A DNA stretch of 64,000 bases from an uncultured Rikenella sp. (GTDB lineage Bacteria > Bacteroidota > Bacteroidia > Bacteroidales > VadinHA17): assembly GCA_964535795.1 (NCBI GenBank), contig CAZHTG010000011.1, forward strand, positions 2,227 through 66,226. Reading direction: 5' to 3'. Position 1 is the stretch's first letter. Each line of letters opens with the position of its first letter. The translations under genes were made by a program, and so were the position numbers. Positions 1 through 9,031 of this stretch are shown here, piece by piece. Below the pieces are notes generated by a model that saw only the letters and a list, made by a program, of their open reading frames with translations, was not told the DNA's origin and searched no databases.

Positions 1-1756
1 TCGTATGCTCCCTGCTTTTCTCATGCTGTTTCGTCCTGGCCTGAAGGTGTGCCAGCAGATCGTATGAATAGATCCTCGCCTTCATCAGTTTCGACTGCAT
101 AATGAGAGGAATTGCCGCCCTGATGAGTGAATCGGCATGTGCCGGCGATGCCTGGGCCAGGGCTGCATCCATTGATTCCAGTTCACTGATGAGGGACTTT
201 GAAGCCGTGGAAGCATTAAAGAATACATCTCTCCTGCTGGTGTCATTCTCAGCGTACCCGGTTCTTTTCTTCTCCGGCTTTTTTGCCACCTCATTTTCAA
301 GATAAAGAAGGTAGTCTTTTGTCTCCTTCAGGGCCTCTGATGTCTGTGCCCCGGCACCCCTGATCAATTCTGCGCCGGCACCTGCACCATCATACCCTCT
401 CCAGTACTCGAGCTTGCTCTGCATGTCACCCACGCTTCCCTGGAGGCTGTCAACTTTGGTTACCTGTGTCTGATCGAAGAGGGTCAGTGTTATCAGGATT
501 CCTGCCACAAAACTGGCAAAGGCAGTGCCCAGCTTGATGAACCACCAGAAGATGGAATAATAGCTCCCTTCTGACCTGTGTCCGGTATTCAGCTCGTCCT
601 CATCACAAATATCTCCTACCATTGATGACCCGAGGGTAAAGAAGAAAAGCATTCCCGCAGACAGCATTATTGTCGGGATAAGTACCAGGTACGGATGTTC
701 CGGGTCATAACAGACGATCTTTGAAAGCTGTGCAACGCACATCAGCACCATGGCAATTATAAGTGTATTCCGTTTCCCGAGTTTAGGGCTTATCCAGTTC
801 AGCGGAAAGACGGCCAGCACCCCGGTGATTGCCCAGACGGTCCCGTTGATGCCCAGCAGCCTGGCGCCCATAATCTTATCGCCTCCGTAGATATAAAAGA
901 TAGGTATGTACGATCCGAGGAGGTTGACAAAGTTAAACCCCATGGCCAGTGTAAAAATGGTCATCACCAGATAGATGAAATTCTTATTGGTGCCCACTAT
1001 CTTCATGTCAGTCCAGAAATGTGTCTTTTCCTGTTTTGCGACCTTCACAAACCCGGGCTCCCGCAGTTTGGCGGTCCACCAGAATGAGAGGGGAATAATC
1101 ACGGCCGCTATGAGAAGGGATACATATCTCATTCCGTCAGCCTCATTCCCTCCGGGTCCCTTGAAGGCCTCGGTATTGGCCAGGGCAAAGAGCCACGGGG
1201 TGCTCATGGCGAAGAGGTTGCCTATGAAACTTTTGCCACTGAAAAGGCGGGTCCGTTCATGAGGGTCGGTTGTCATCTCCATGCCCAGGGCACCATGAGG
1301 GATCTCGAAGACGGTGGTGGCAGTGAAGAACAGGAGCAGGCCAAACAGGATGTAAACAAGCTGGAACCGCTGAAAACCGGCATCACTGGGGAACAGGGCA
1401 TGCACCGCCTCTCCCTTGGGGATCCACCACATGACAACAAAGAAGACCGCAACAGCTATGCCTCCTATCAGGAGATATGGCCGTCTGCGGCCCAGCCGGC
1501 TCCGGGTGTTGTCAGAGAGATGGCCTACAATAGGATCGGAGAAGGCATCCCATAACCTCGGGATAATCATGATGAGACCGAGCCAGAAGGCACTCAGACC
1601 CAGGCTTATATTACCCATCAGGCCAACCAGCTGCCCTGCAATGTTAAAGAGGGCGATGGGTATAATGCCTCCGGCGGAATAGGCAGCAAGCTGACCAAAA
1701 GTGATCCGGTCATTCTGCCCGGAAGTCTTAACAGTGCTTTTTTCTCCCATACTCAT
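1..1756 (-). CDS. GPH-family (MelB/XynP-like) MFS glycoside:cation symporter; 3' end runs off the window. Carries a long soluble C-terminal tail.
   Basis: Absent from the ORF track because no stop lies in the window. I translated the minus frame by hand from ATG 1756 (or 1750): MSMGEKSTVKTSGQNDRITFGQLAAYSAGG..., with the GPH-type motif SRLGRRRPYLLIG and about 12 hydrophobic segments. The frame has no stop down to position 1. It starts 23 nt after the stop of the upstream gene. Confidence 0.75.
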   Translation of the reverse strand, partial: MSMGEKSTVKTSGQNDRITFGQLAAYSAGGIIPIALFNIAGQLVGLMGNISLGLSAFWLGLIMIIPRLWDAFSDPIVGHLSDNTRSRLGRRRPYLLIGGIAVAVFFVVMWWIPKGEAVHALFPSDAGFQRFQLVYILFGLLLFFTATTVFEIPHGALGMEMTTDPHERTRLFSGKSFIGNLFAMSTPWLFALANTEAFKGPGGNEADGMRYVSLLIAAVIIPLSFWWTAKLREPGFVKVAKQEKTHFWTDMKIVGTNKNFIYLVMTIFTLAMGFNFVNLLGSYIPIFYIYGGDKIMGARLLGINGTVWAITGVLAVFPLNWISPKLGKRNTLIIAMVLMCVAQLSKIVCYDPEHPYLVLIPTIMLSAGMLFFFTLGSSMVGDICDEDELNTGHRSEGSYYSIFWWFIKLGTAFASFVAGILITLTLFDQTQVTKVDSLQGSVGDMQSKLEYWRGYDGAGAGAELIRGAGAQTSEALKETKDYLLYLENEVAKKPEKKRTGYAENDTSRRDVFFNASTASKSLISELESMDAALAQASPAHADSLIRAAIPLIMQSKLMKARIYSYDLLAHLQARTKQHEKSREHT

Positions 1757-1778
1757 CCAGGTATTTGTTTTTCAGCAG

Positions 1779-4700
1779 TTAATAATTGATCACCAGGTCA
1801 GCGGGCACCTCCCTGACTCCGATCTCCCCTTCATTGAAATCCGATAACTCCTTACCGTTGACAGTTATTGCCGAGGGCATTTCCCCCCCGTTGAAATTCC
1901 TTATTTTGATACCCCCTTCCGGCAGATCGATATCGCCGGTTATGGAAAAATGGTAACTGTTGCCCTCCTTCTTTATCGAGTAGGATATCTCACCGTAATA
2001 TGTGGGCAGGTTTTCAACCGACATCCCCCCGGGAGTATCGATCCAGTCCTGGTACAGGGCAGATGCAAGAACGAGAGTATGATCATATTCGTTTTCGTAT
2101 ACGAACATAGACCGGACGGCGTTGATAAAGTCGCTTCCGCACCATGTATGGGGCATGTCTCCTATAAATCCGGGATGACGGTAATCATTCCACACCACCT
2201 CGGCCCAGTGATTCCACCTGCCGGTTTCCGGACGCTGGTCATCAAGGAAGTATTCAATCAGCTCATGTGCCCTTTCAGGCTGGTCAAGCATAATGAACGA
2301 TCCTATCAGGCGGTTTTCATAAGGAGTGTAATTGACCCAGTCTCTCCTGCCATCCCTCCTGTCAAGGAAAAAAGCGTAATACTTCTCAAAGGTGTTGTTA
2401 ACCTGCGGAACAGGAAGGTTATGCAGCTCATTGCACGGGGTGAGTGCGATGGTGGTTGATGTCGCATCGAAGTCGCCAAGCTCAACGCAGCCGGGGATAT
2501 AATCTATGTTCCTGACCTTCATGGCCAGATCGAGGGAGTTGTAGAGATTTACACGGAATGTATCCCTGATGCCGGCTATCCTCCGGTAACTTTCACTCTC
2601 GCCCAGGATCTTCTGTATTTCGGCTGCATCCTTCAGTCCTTTCATTGTAAAGAAATTATCCCAGTATGAGTGCATCGGTTTGGCTGAGTAGCCTTCATGG
2701 CTGATCGACTCGGGCACCAGCCCGTAATAGGCACGGACACTGTCATTCCCGTACCGGAAGTGATCCGTTGATCTTTCTGCAACAAGCGACTCAATATAGT
2801 CAACAGCTTTCAGCACGTTGTCATTCATGGATCTCAGGAAGGCGGTGTCACCGGTGAAATTGAAATACTCACGGATCAGGTAGATCAGCTCACCGTGGCT
2901 GTCGTGCTCAGGCACCGGGTCAGGGCCCCTGGAATCAACCACGCATGGCACCTTGCCGTTCTCAAACTGGTATGACGCATACCAGTCTGTGAAATCCCTG
3001 ACCTCCTCAACAATACCCGATTTGAGCAGTGCTGATGATGTCAGGGCCCCGTCGCGTATCCAGCTCCGCTCATAGGAGCGTGAACCGGGCTGGATACCAA
3101 CATTGTCCCTGTTGATCAGGATATAGACAATATTTGATCTCCAGGTATCTATGATCCTGTCAGCCGAAGGAGGCAGATTCAATCGGATGTGATCCGTTTT
3201 CGTCTTCCAGAAATCGGCCGCATCGTAAAAGGCGCCGGGAATATCTTTAACATCCATACTGCCCTCTATCGACTTCCTGCCATGATATGGAACTGCGGCA
3301 AAGAATTTCTCCCCTTGACCGGGATCAAGGTGAATTGAATATTTCATAACGCCGTTTGCCATACCCGCCTGGTCGATGGCTGTTTTGCCCGGAGGCATAC
3401 TTCCGTCGCGCAGCATATCCACAGGATTGCCCTCATCGAACCCGGCGGCACCGAAAGAATCATACGCCCTGGTCAAAAGGATGACCTTGTCATCAACCGC
3501 GATCCGGCCCCCGGCTTCTTCACTTATGGTATTGATTCTCCCGCTTCCACCTATTGTGTTGAGGAACTGATAATACGGATTTACCTGGAACGGGCGAACC
3601 AGCAGGTAAAACTCAAAATCAACAGGCCGGTCCGAGAGATTTTCAAACGAGTAACCGATATAGAGCAGTGAATTCACATTGGCAGTGCCACCTGATGACA
3701 CTCCCGTGACAAACCTCAGCCCGCCGTGCTGCCATTTTACTGACGGAACGAAATCAGTCTCACCGGCAGCCCCCGGAAAAACCATAGACTGAACCGGATC
3801 CGTATTGCTCCAGTTTACCAGGGAATCGCCTACTCTCAGCATCGGCTCAATAGAAAAAAGTGCCTTGTCAACTTCAACCATCCCCGATTCGTTGATCAGA
3901 GCCTCTTTTGTATCATTATTGACACCCGTTACAGTCCAGTATGACGCCTGTTCCGAGAAGTATCCGGGATAATTGCCTGCGGGTGAATTCTTTGCGCAGT
4001 ATATAAGAAAATCATTAGTTGTCCTGGTGCTGCCTACATCCGGAAATTCGATTTCTGTAATACCGAATGTACCGTCATCCGCGGGTCCTGCCATTTCCAG
4101 CCTGAGATACCTCGCCTCTGCTTCGGGAAGTCTTACAAAGCTCACCTTTCCACTGTTGGAAGAAACGGAGTATGCTTTTTCCCAGCCGTTGCCGTCATCC
4201 GAAAGGCAAATCTCATAGCTACCTGCCTGATTATCTTCCAGCCACCTGATCTGAACTCCTCCGAATTCCCTTTTCGCAATGAAATCAACGATTATGTTCG
4301 CTCTCTCAGCTTTGCGGCTTTGCCAGAATGTTCTGTCGGAGCTGTCACCCATAAGATCCGGCGAATGCTTCCTGGCTGATGATGAAGCTGACAGTGCCGG
4401 CGCCGGCCATGATTGCCTTTCAGGCGCGAGGGGCTCAAACCTGAGGTCATCTATCCATAGCGTGCCTCTGCCGCCGACAAATGATGCGACGGTAAACTCT
4501 ATCCGGTCAAAGCGTTCAGGCTCCCGGCCTTCCGCCGGCCCCCATGCAAACTCAATATGACGTTTTTTTATGCGGATCTTTTTCCACTCTCCCGGGAAGG
4601 AATAGTTACGGTTATTGACCCACCATACATTATTCCCGGTGCTGTCAATGAACTTAATCTCAAAGTTGTTGGAGGGCGACTCGGCCTTCAGCCAGAAGGT

Positions 4701-4970
4701 AAACTCATAGTTTTCAGGGAGCTCCACCGGGAAAAGCTTCTGTATCCCCCCGTAACCGGACCCTTTTGTGAAATCATAATCGATTCGGATGGCATTGCCG
4801 GTGACGCCCTTCTCAATGGAGTGGTTCATTGTAACCCCATCAGACAGGTTGTAAGACCATCCGTTTGCGTTTTCAAACTCATCCAGTGTCCTTACCTGGG
4901 CGTTGCCGGCAGCAGTGGCAACAAAAAGCAACAGTAATATGGCGTTTATTCTGCTGATGTGGTGCTCCAT
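1779..4970 (-). CDS. Secreted multi-domain putative glycoside hydrolase: N-terminal CBM-like beta-sandwich, F5/8 type C (discoidin) domain, and a C-terminal (alpha/alpha)6-barrel-like domain. GH family unassigned.
   Basis: The ORF spans 1779..5009. The likely start is Met14 at 4970 (MEHHISRINAILLLLFVATAAGNAQ, a signal peptide). The discoidin-like stretch reads RTFWQSR...IIVDF...GGVQIRW...RYLRLEM. The C-terminal region contains WIRDGA and DSHGELIYLI motifs reminiscent of GH15-type barrels. The gene sits inside the PUL. Confidence 0.6.
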   Translation of the reverse strand: MEHHISRINAILLLLFVATAAGNAQVRTLDEFENANGWSYNLSDGVTMNHSIEKGVTGNAIRIDYDFTKGSGYGGIQKLFPVELPENYEFTFWLKAESPSNNFEIKFIDSTGNNVWWVNNRNYSFPGEWKKIRIKKRHIEFAWGPAEGREPERFDRIEFTVASFVGGRGTLWIDDLRFEPLAPERQSWPAPALSASSSARKHSPDLMGDSSDRTFWQSRKAERANIIVDFIAKREFGGVQIRWLEDNQAGSYEICLSDDGNGWEKAYSVSSNSGKVSFVRLPEAEARYLRLEMAGPADDGTFGITEIEFPDVGSTRTTNDFLIYCAKNSPAGNYPGYFSEQASYWTVTGVNNDTKEALINESGMVEVDKALFSIEPMLRVGDSLVNWSNTDPVQSMVFPGAAGETDFVPSVKWQHGGLRFVTGVSSGGTANVNSLLYIGYSFENLSDRPVDFEFYLLVRPFQVNPYYQFLNTIGGSGRINTISEEAGGRIAVDDKVILLTRAYDSFGAAGFDEGNPVDMLRDGSMPPGKTAIDQAGMANGVMKYSIHLDPGQGEKFFAAVPYHGRKSIEGSMDVKDIPGAFYDAADFWKTKTDHIRLNLPPSADRIIDTWRSNIVYILINRDNVGIQPGSRSYERSWIRDGALTSSALLKSGIVEEVRDFTDWYASYQFENGKVPCVVDSRGPDPVPEHDSHGELIYLIREYFNFTGDTAFLRSMNDNVLKAVDYIESLVAERSTDHFRYGNDSVRAYYGLVPESISHEGYSAKPMHSYWDNFFTMKGLKDAAEIQKILGESESYRRIAGIRDTFRVNLYNSLDLAMKVRNIDYIPGCVELGDFDATSTTIALTPCNELHNLPVPQVNNTFEKYYAFFLDRRDGRRDWVNYTPYENRLIGSFIMLDQPERAHELIEYFLDDQRPETGRWNHWAEVVWNDYRHPGFIGDMPHTWCGSDFINAVRSMFVYENEYDHTLVLASALYQDWIDTPGGMSVENLPTYYGEISYSIKKEGNSYHFSITGDIDLPEGGIKIRNFNGGEMPSAITVNGKELSDFNEGEIGVREVPADLVINY

Positions 4971-5012
4971 TGGGGTAATGGTATTTGTCAGATTTATTCC
5001 GGCCTGCAAAGA

Positions 5013-6392
5013 TTACTGGTATGAGAATCCCAACCTTTGGAGGCCTTTCTGGATGACGCGATCCCTCATCACATAATGCCATATCAGGCCGGTCCTGAAA
5101 TTTTCTATCATGATCAGCATGGGGCCCTGGTCAATGCCTATGAAATCATCATTGACCCATCCGGCAGTCAGGTTAAAGGAGTCATAATAGCCGTATTTGC
5201 CCCACAGCCGAACGCCATACCTGTCATTTATCGATCTTATTGTAGGCAGTACAATCTCCGGAGCAAAGGGCAATGATGAGAGAGGCCCGTAAGGAGCGAT
5301 GGTTCCGTCATCAAAATAGTTGTAGTCGGGGCCGCTGGTACCTCTCCCGGCGTAGCCAAGGAACTCCCTGCCGTCAAAGTTGTATTTGGCAGTGGGGCCG
5401 TCACTTGCAGTGATGCCCCAGCAGAGCGAATCATACCCCACCCACCCGTGAGGATTATCGATGGCATACTGTCTCTGTACATATGTTGCACGGCGTGAAT
5501 TTTCAAAGTAGTCAATACCCTTCTCCTTCATGTAGGCGTCAGCTATGCCGCGGAAGTCAATGAATGCCTGTGAGAACTGGTGACCGAACAGTGGTGGAAA
5601 AGCCACATGAGAGAGACCATCATAAGGTGTCCGCCATTTGTAGGAGCTTAACCATGAGTTATAGCTCTCTTCAGCGTTCTCCAAACCGCTCCCGGCGGCA
5701 AGTATATACAGAAAGAGAGCTTCGTTGTAACCGCTCCATCCCATATGGTGGAGCCCCTGTTCAGGATGCCAGCCCATGGAGATCTGATGTGCATAATTAC
5801 CCGTATCCGGCATCATCATGAAATCCCACTCAATACGGTTTAACAACAAGTCAGCCTGTAAACGGATGCGTCGTTCAATATCACTGTCGAGGTTGTAATA
5901 GTTGCGGGCAAAGATTATTCCCATCATAAGGAGGCCTGTATCTACAGACGACAGCTCACATTTCCATTCCCTGGTGCCGGTGCTCATTCGCAGGAAGTGG
6001 TAGTAGAAGCCCTTGTAGCCTGTTGCGGCAGTATCAGCACTCTGCACCGAATTGACGAAAAAGTCGAGGGTGTTCAGGGTTATCCTGGCCGCATCGTCAC
6101 GGGTTATCCAGTTCCTCTCCACGCCAACGGCAAAAGATGGAAGGGCGAATCCGGTAGACGCGATGCTGGCCGGAGCCCATGCCGCAGTGCGGTCCTTAAC
6201 TATTCCCCATTCAGGATGATGCTCATGCAGAAAGAACTGAAAAGTCTTCTCCTGGATCGAGTCAAGCATTGCCTCTTCGCCGGATGTCAGGTTATAATTG
6301 GTCCGGCCCTTGGATGTGTAGTTGACCTGCAGCTGCCGATTGCAGGAGGCAAGCACAAGGACCGCCAGTATGATAAGGTATGTCGTTCTCAT
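5013..6392 (-). CDS. GH144-like lipoprotein (PF10091 'putative glucoamylase' fold), candidate beta-1,2-glucanase or sophorohydrolase.
   Basis: Lipoprotein signal LVLASC. Motifs seen: GIVKDR, GFALPSF, GFYYHFL, SSVDTGLLMMG, WSGYNEALFLYILAAGS, CWGITASDGP, YGYYDSFN, IDQGPMLIMIENFRTGLIW. It is a paralogue of the next gene. Confidence 0.7.
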   Translation of the reverse strand: MRTTYLIILAVLVLASCNRQLQVNYTSKGRTNYNLTSGEEAMLDSIQEKTFQFFLHEHHPEWGIVKDRTAAWAPASIASTGFALPSFAVGVERNWITRDDAARITLNTLDFFVNSVQSADTAATGYKGFYYHFLRMSTGTREWKCELSSVDTGLLMMGIIFARNYYNLDSDIERRIRLQADLLLNRIEWDFMMMPDTGNYAHQISMGWHPEQGLHHMGWSGYNEALFLYILAAGSGLENAEESYNSWLSSYKWRTPYDGLSHVAFPPLFGHQFSQAFIDFRGIADAYMKEKGIDYFENSRRATYVQRQYAIDNPHGWVGYDSLCWGITASDGPTAKYNFDGREFLGYAGRGTSGPDYNYFDDGTIAPYGPLSSLPFAPEIVLPTIRSINDRYGVRLWGKYGYYDSFNLTAGWVNDDFIGIDQGPMLIMIENFRTGLIWHYVMRDRVIQKGLQRLGFSYQ

Positions 6393-6398
6393 CTCGTT

Positions 6399-8045
6399 TC
6401 AGTATGTAAATCCAAGCTTATCAAGACCGGCCCTCACCTCCGGGGCAGACATGAAGAGATCCCACAGCAGTCCCGTGCGGTAATTTTCGATCATGCATAC
6501 TATCGGACCCTGATCAATGGCAATATATGAACTCGCAAACCATCCGGAGGTCAGGTTAAAGGCATCATAAAAACCATACTGACCCCATAATTTGTCGCCA
6601 ATAGTATAATAGAAGAATTTCAGTGCCTTCATGCTTTCAACTGGAGTGTAGGGGAAGGATGAGAGAGCTGCTGTCGGGGCAATTACCCCCAGATCATTTG
6701 TCGGAGAGCTTGCCCTGTATCCATTTTGTATGTCGCTGGCTGTCAGTCCCCAGCAATTATCAGCATAACCTGAATATCCCTTTGGATTGGCTTTGCAGTA
6801 TGCGTGATTTATCTTTGAATGGGCAACGTTCTGGGCCCAGTAAGAAGCATACTGATCTGCCAGGTTCCTCGGGTCGAGCCCGATGAATGAGTAATGGGCA
6901 AAGAAGAGCGGTCCTCCATAGTCCTGTCCCAGTGGAAGCATTATGTCATAAAAGATTTTACCGTTAACCATTGGATATGCCCCATTGCGTGCCCACCCGC
7001 TGGTATAAACAGCGAGGGGGATTGCGTTGACGGGAGCAGCAGCTGCAAGCACATAGATAATCAGGGCCTCATTCCATCCGGATATCCCCATGTTCATTAT
7101 CCACTCCTTATCAGGCGACCAGTGCCAGTAGAGAATGTTCTGAGCCTCCCTGCGGTACCAGTTCCAGTCAACCGCCTCCCATAATGCGGTAATGGAATTA
7201 CACATCTCCTTCTCAGCAGCAGTGCCGTCCTTAAAATATTCCCTGACAGCGATAAGGCCCTGCATCAGGAAGGCTGTCTCCACAAGGTCGCCTCCGTTGT
7301 CATTGGAGCTGAAGGGAATCACCTTGCCTGTTGTTCCGTTGAGCCAGTGGGGAAAAGCACCGTGAAATCTGTCCGTCTCAGGACGAATTAGAAAATTGAC
7401 AATCTTGCTTAGACGCTCAAACCCCTCTGCCCTGTTAACAAAGCCTCTCTCTATCCCGACAATGACAGCCATGAGTCCGAAGCCGCTGCCGCCTGAAGTG
7501 ACTGTCTCTCCCGAGCCGTAACGCTCGCGTGAGAGACCCGAAACCGGATGAGCGTGGTCCCAGAAGTAACCGAAGGTCTTTTTCTGAACCAGTGTAAGAA
7601 GTGAGTCATCCGAAATTTCAGGAAATTTGGGAGTTGTATCAAGCCTTGTCCGAAAGGTAAAAGTATAATTCTCATATATGAAACCTCCAAGGTTGCTTCC
7701 CTGGTCGAACAGAATCCTGTAGAGGGAGTAAGGAGCTACAGATGCGTCTGGATTGATAGTCAGATACTGCGATTTATTGTCAAATCTGTAAGTGAATGAA
7801 GGCTCTGAACCTCCCGTAATAGAAATCTTTGCGCTGTTAAAGAGAAGTGTATCGACAGTCTCGCTAAACTTAAAGCGGATAACGATATCATCGTAATCCA
7901 CATCCCTGATGTTAGAATTTTGGGCCACATATATCTGGTTGACAAACACGGAGTCAACCGTGATCTCATGCAATGGATCAACCTTTTCTTTTTGGCAGGA
8001 TGCCAGAGTGAAGACAGTGGCGAATATGAAAATGAGATATTTCAT
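6399..8045 (-). CDS. GH144-like lipoprotein with an extra N-terminal Ig-like domain (second tandem paralogue).
   Basis: Lipoprotein signal FTLASC, followed by a beta-rich N-terminal domain of about 130 aa. The same motif series follows: GLSRERY, GFGLMAVIVG, GAFPHWL, VETAFLMQGL, ISGWNEALIIYVLAAA, CWGLTASD, YGFYDAFN, IDQGPIVCMIENYRTGLLW. Confidence 0.7.
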   Translation of the reverse strand: MKYLIFIFATVFTLASCQKEKVDPLHEITVDSVFVNQIYVAQNSNIRDVDYDDIVIRFKFSETVDTLLFNSAKISITGGSEPSFTYRFDNKSQYLTINPDASVAPYSLYRILFDQGSNLGGFIYENYTFTFRTRLDTTPKFPEISDDSLLTLVQKKTFGYFWDHAHPVSGLSRERYGSGETVTSGGSGFGLMAVIVGIERGFVNRAEGFERLSKIVNFLIRPETDRFHGAFPHWLNGTTGKVIPFSSNDNGGDLVETAFLMQGLIAVREYFKDGTAAEKEMCNSITALWEAVDWNWYRREAQNILYWHWSPDKEWIMNMGISGWNEALIIYVLAAAAPVNAIPLAVYTSGWARNGAYPMVNGKIFYDIMLPLGQDYGGPLFFAHYSFIGLDPRNLADQYASYWAQNVAHSKINHAYCKANPKGYSGYADNCWGLTASDIQNGYRASSPTNDLGVIAPTAALSSFPYTPVESMKALKFFYYTIGDKLWGQYGFYDAFNLTSGWFASSYIAIDQGPIVCMIENYRTGLLWDLFMSAPEVRAGLDKLGFTY

Positions 8046-8050
8046 TCCCT

Positions 8051-8099
8051 GAAAAAATAAGAAAAAAAACGGGAGGAAAAGTGTAATCTGATCCTCCCG
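8051..8099 (-). terminator. Rho-independent-type terminator inside the PUL, between the LamG lipoprotein gene and the enzyme genes.
   Basis: 8-bp GC-rich stem: cgggagga (8070-8077) pairs with tcctcccg (8092-8099). On the minus strand it is followed by a T8 run (plus-strand A8 at 8062-8069). Confidence 0.5.
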
Positions 8100-8116
8100 T
8101 AATTAAACCATTGTGA

Positions 8117-8995
8117 TTATTCAATCTGTGTTACCTCAGCATCAAATAGTGCCTTCACTTCAGTTGCAGTCAGCGCTTTATCATAAACGCGCAGTTCGTC
8201 AAGGTTACCAAGGAACCAGCCCATCCATGCATCCAGGGCAGTACCTTCAGATTTGGGACGCCATGCACCGATGTTGATCTTATCAGCATTGACAAAAGCC
8301 AAAGGTCCAAGGGCCGGCCTCGGAACGACATCGTCACCAGCTGCCCATCTGTTCTCGACTCCGTCATTAGTAACAACTTTAACACCGTCTTTGTAGATCA
8401 TGAACTTGGATGTTGTCTGATCATACTGGAAGACAAGATGCATCCAGATGTTTATAGGGAACAGAGGATCAGAATAACTGATGTGCTGGCCTGACCAGAT
8501 GGCTCCGTCCTTCAAAAAGAATGCCTTGAAATTCAATGAATCAGCTGTTGCATCCAACCTGAGTAATCCAAGCTTTAAATTGCCCCAGAACAGGTCATCT
8601 GATTTCCCGATCTCAAAGATTGTAGGTTCGGGATCGCCTGTTACCAGCGGGGATTTCAGCCACATAGCAATTGAAAACGATGTTAAGGTTTTCATCTTGC
8701 TGGCTGCAGGCAGTGTATATAACAGGTGTGCCATATTGGCTCCCTGGTAAGCCTGACCACGACGACCGGCAACATAAGTCACATTAGGCTGCATAGTCGG
8801 CGTTAGGTTAGCAATCGATTCGGTGGCATTCCCTTCGAAAGGAAAGTAAGCCACCAGATTGGTAGTAGCAATCGTGCTGGGGTCAATTTTCCCGTCATCG
8901 GGATCATCGTCCTTATTGCACGATGTAAGCATCGAACTCATCATGATCATCATTCCGATCAGTAAAGCTCCGGTAATTCTAAATTTGTTTTTCAT
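8117..8995 (-). CDS. LamG/concanavalin-A-like lipoprotein, probable surface glycan-binding protein of the PUL.
   Basis: Lipoprotein signal MLTSCNKDDD. The C-terminal motif LDELRVYDKALTATEVKALF is typical of Laminin_G_3-type domains. It lies immediately downstream of susD-like. Confidence 0.6.
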   Translation of the reverse strand: MKNKFRITGALLIGMMIMMSSMLTSCNKDDDPDDGKIDPSTIATTNLVAYFPFEGNATESIANLTPTMQPNVTYVAGRRGQAYQGANMAHLLYTLPAASKMKTLTSFSIAMWLKSPLVTGDPEPTIFEIGKSDDLFWGNLKLGLLRLDATADSLNFKAFFLKDGAIWSGQHISYSDPLFPINIWMHLVFQYDQTTSKFMIYKDGVKVVTNDGVENRWAAGDDVVPRPALGPLAFVNADKINIGAWRPKSEGTALDAWMGWFLGNLDELRVYDKALTATEVKALFDAEVTQIE

Positions 8996-9031
8996 AATAA
9001 ACTGAGTTTGGTTTTACATTAAAAAAATTTA

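Noticed and set aside
1883-1889. C7 homopolymer inside the 1063-aa gene as a phase-variation tract.
   Set aside because: It is only 7 nt long and encodes Gly-Gly in frame. It lies about 35 codons from the C-terminus, where a frameshift would have little switching effect. A comparable G7 run in nadE (36214-36220) encodes the conserved SGGIDS motif.
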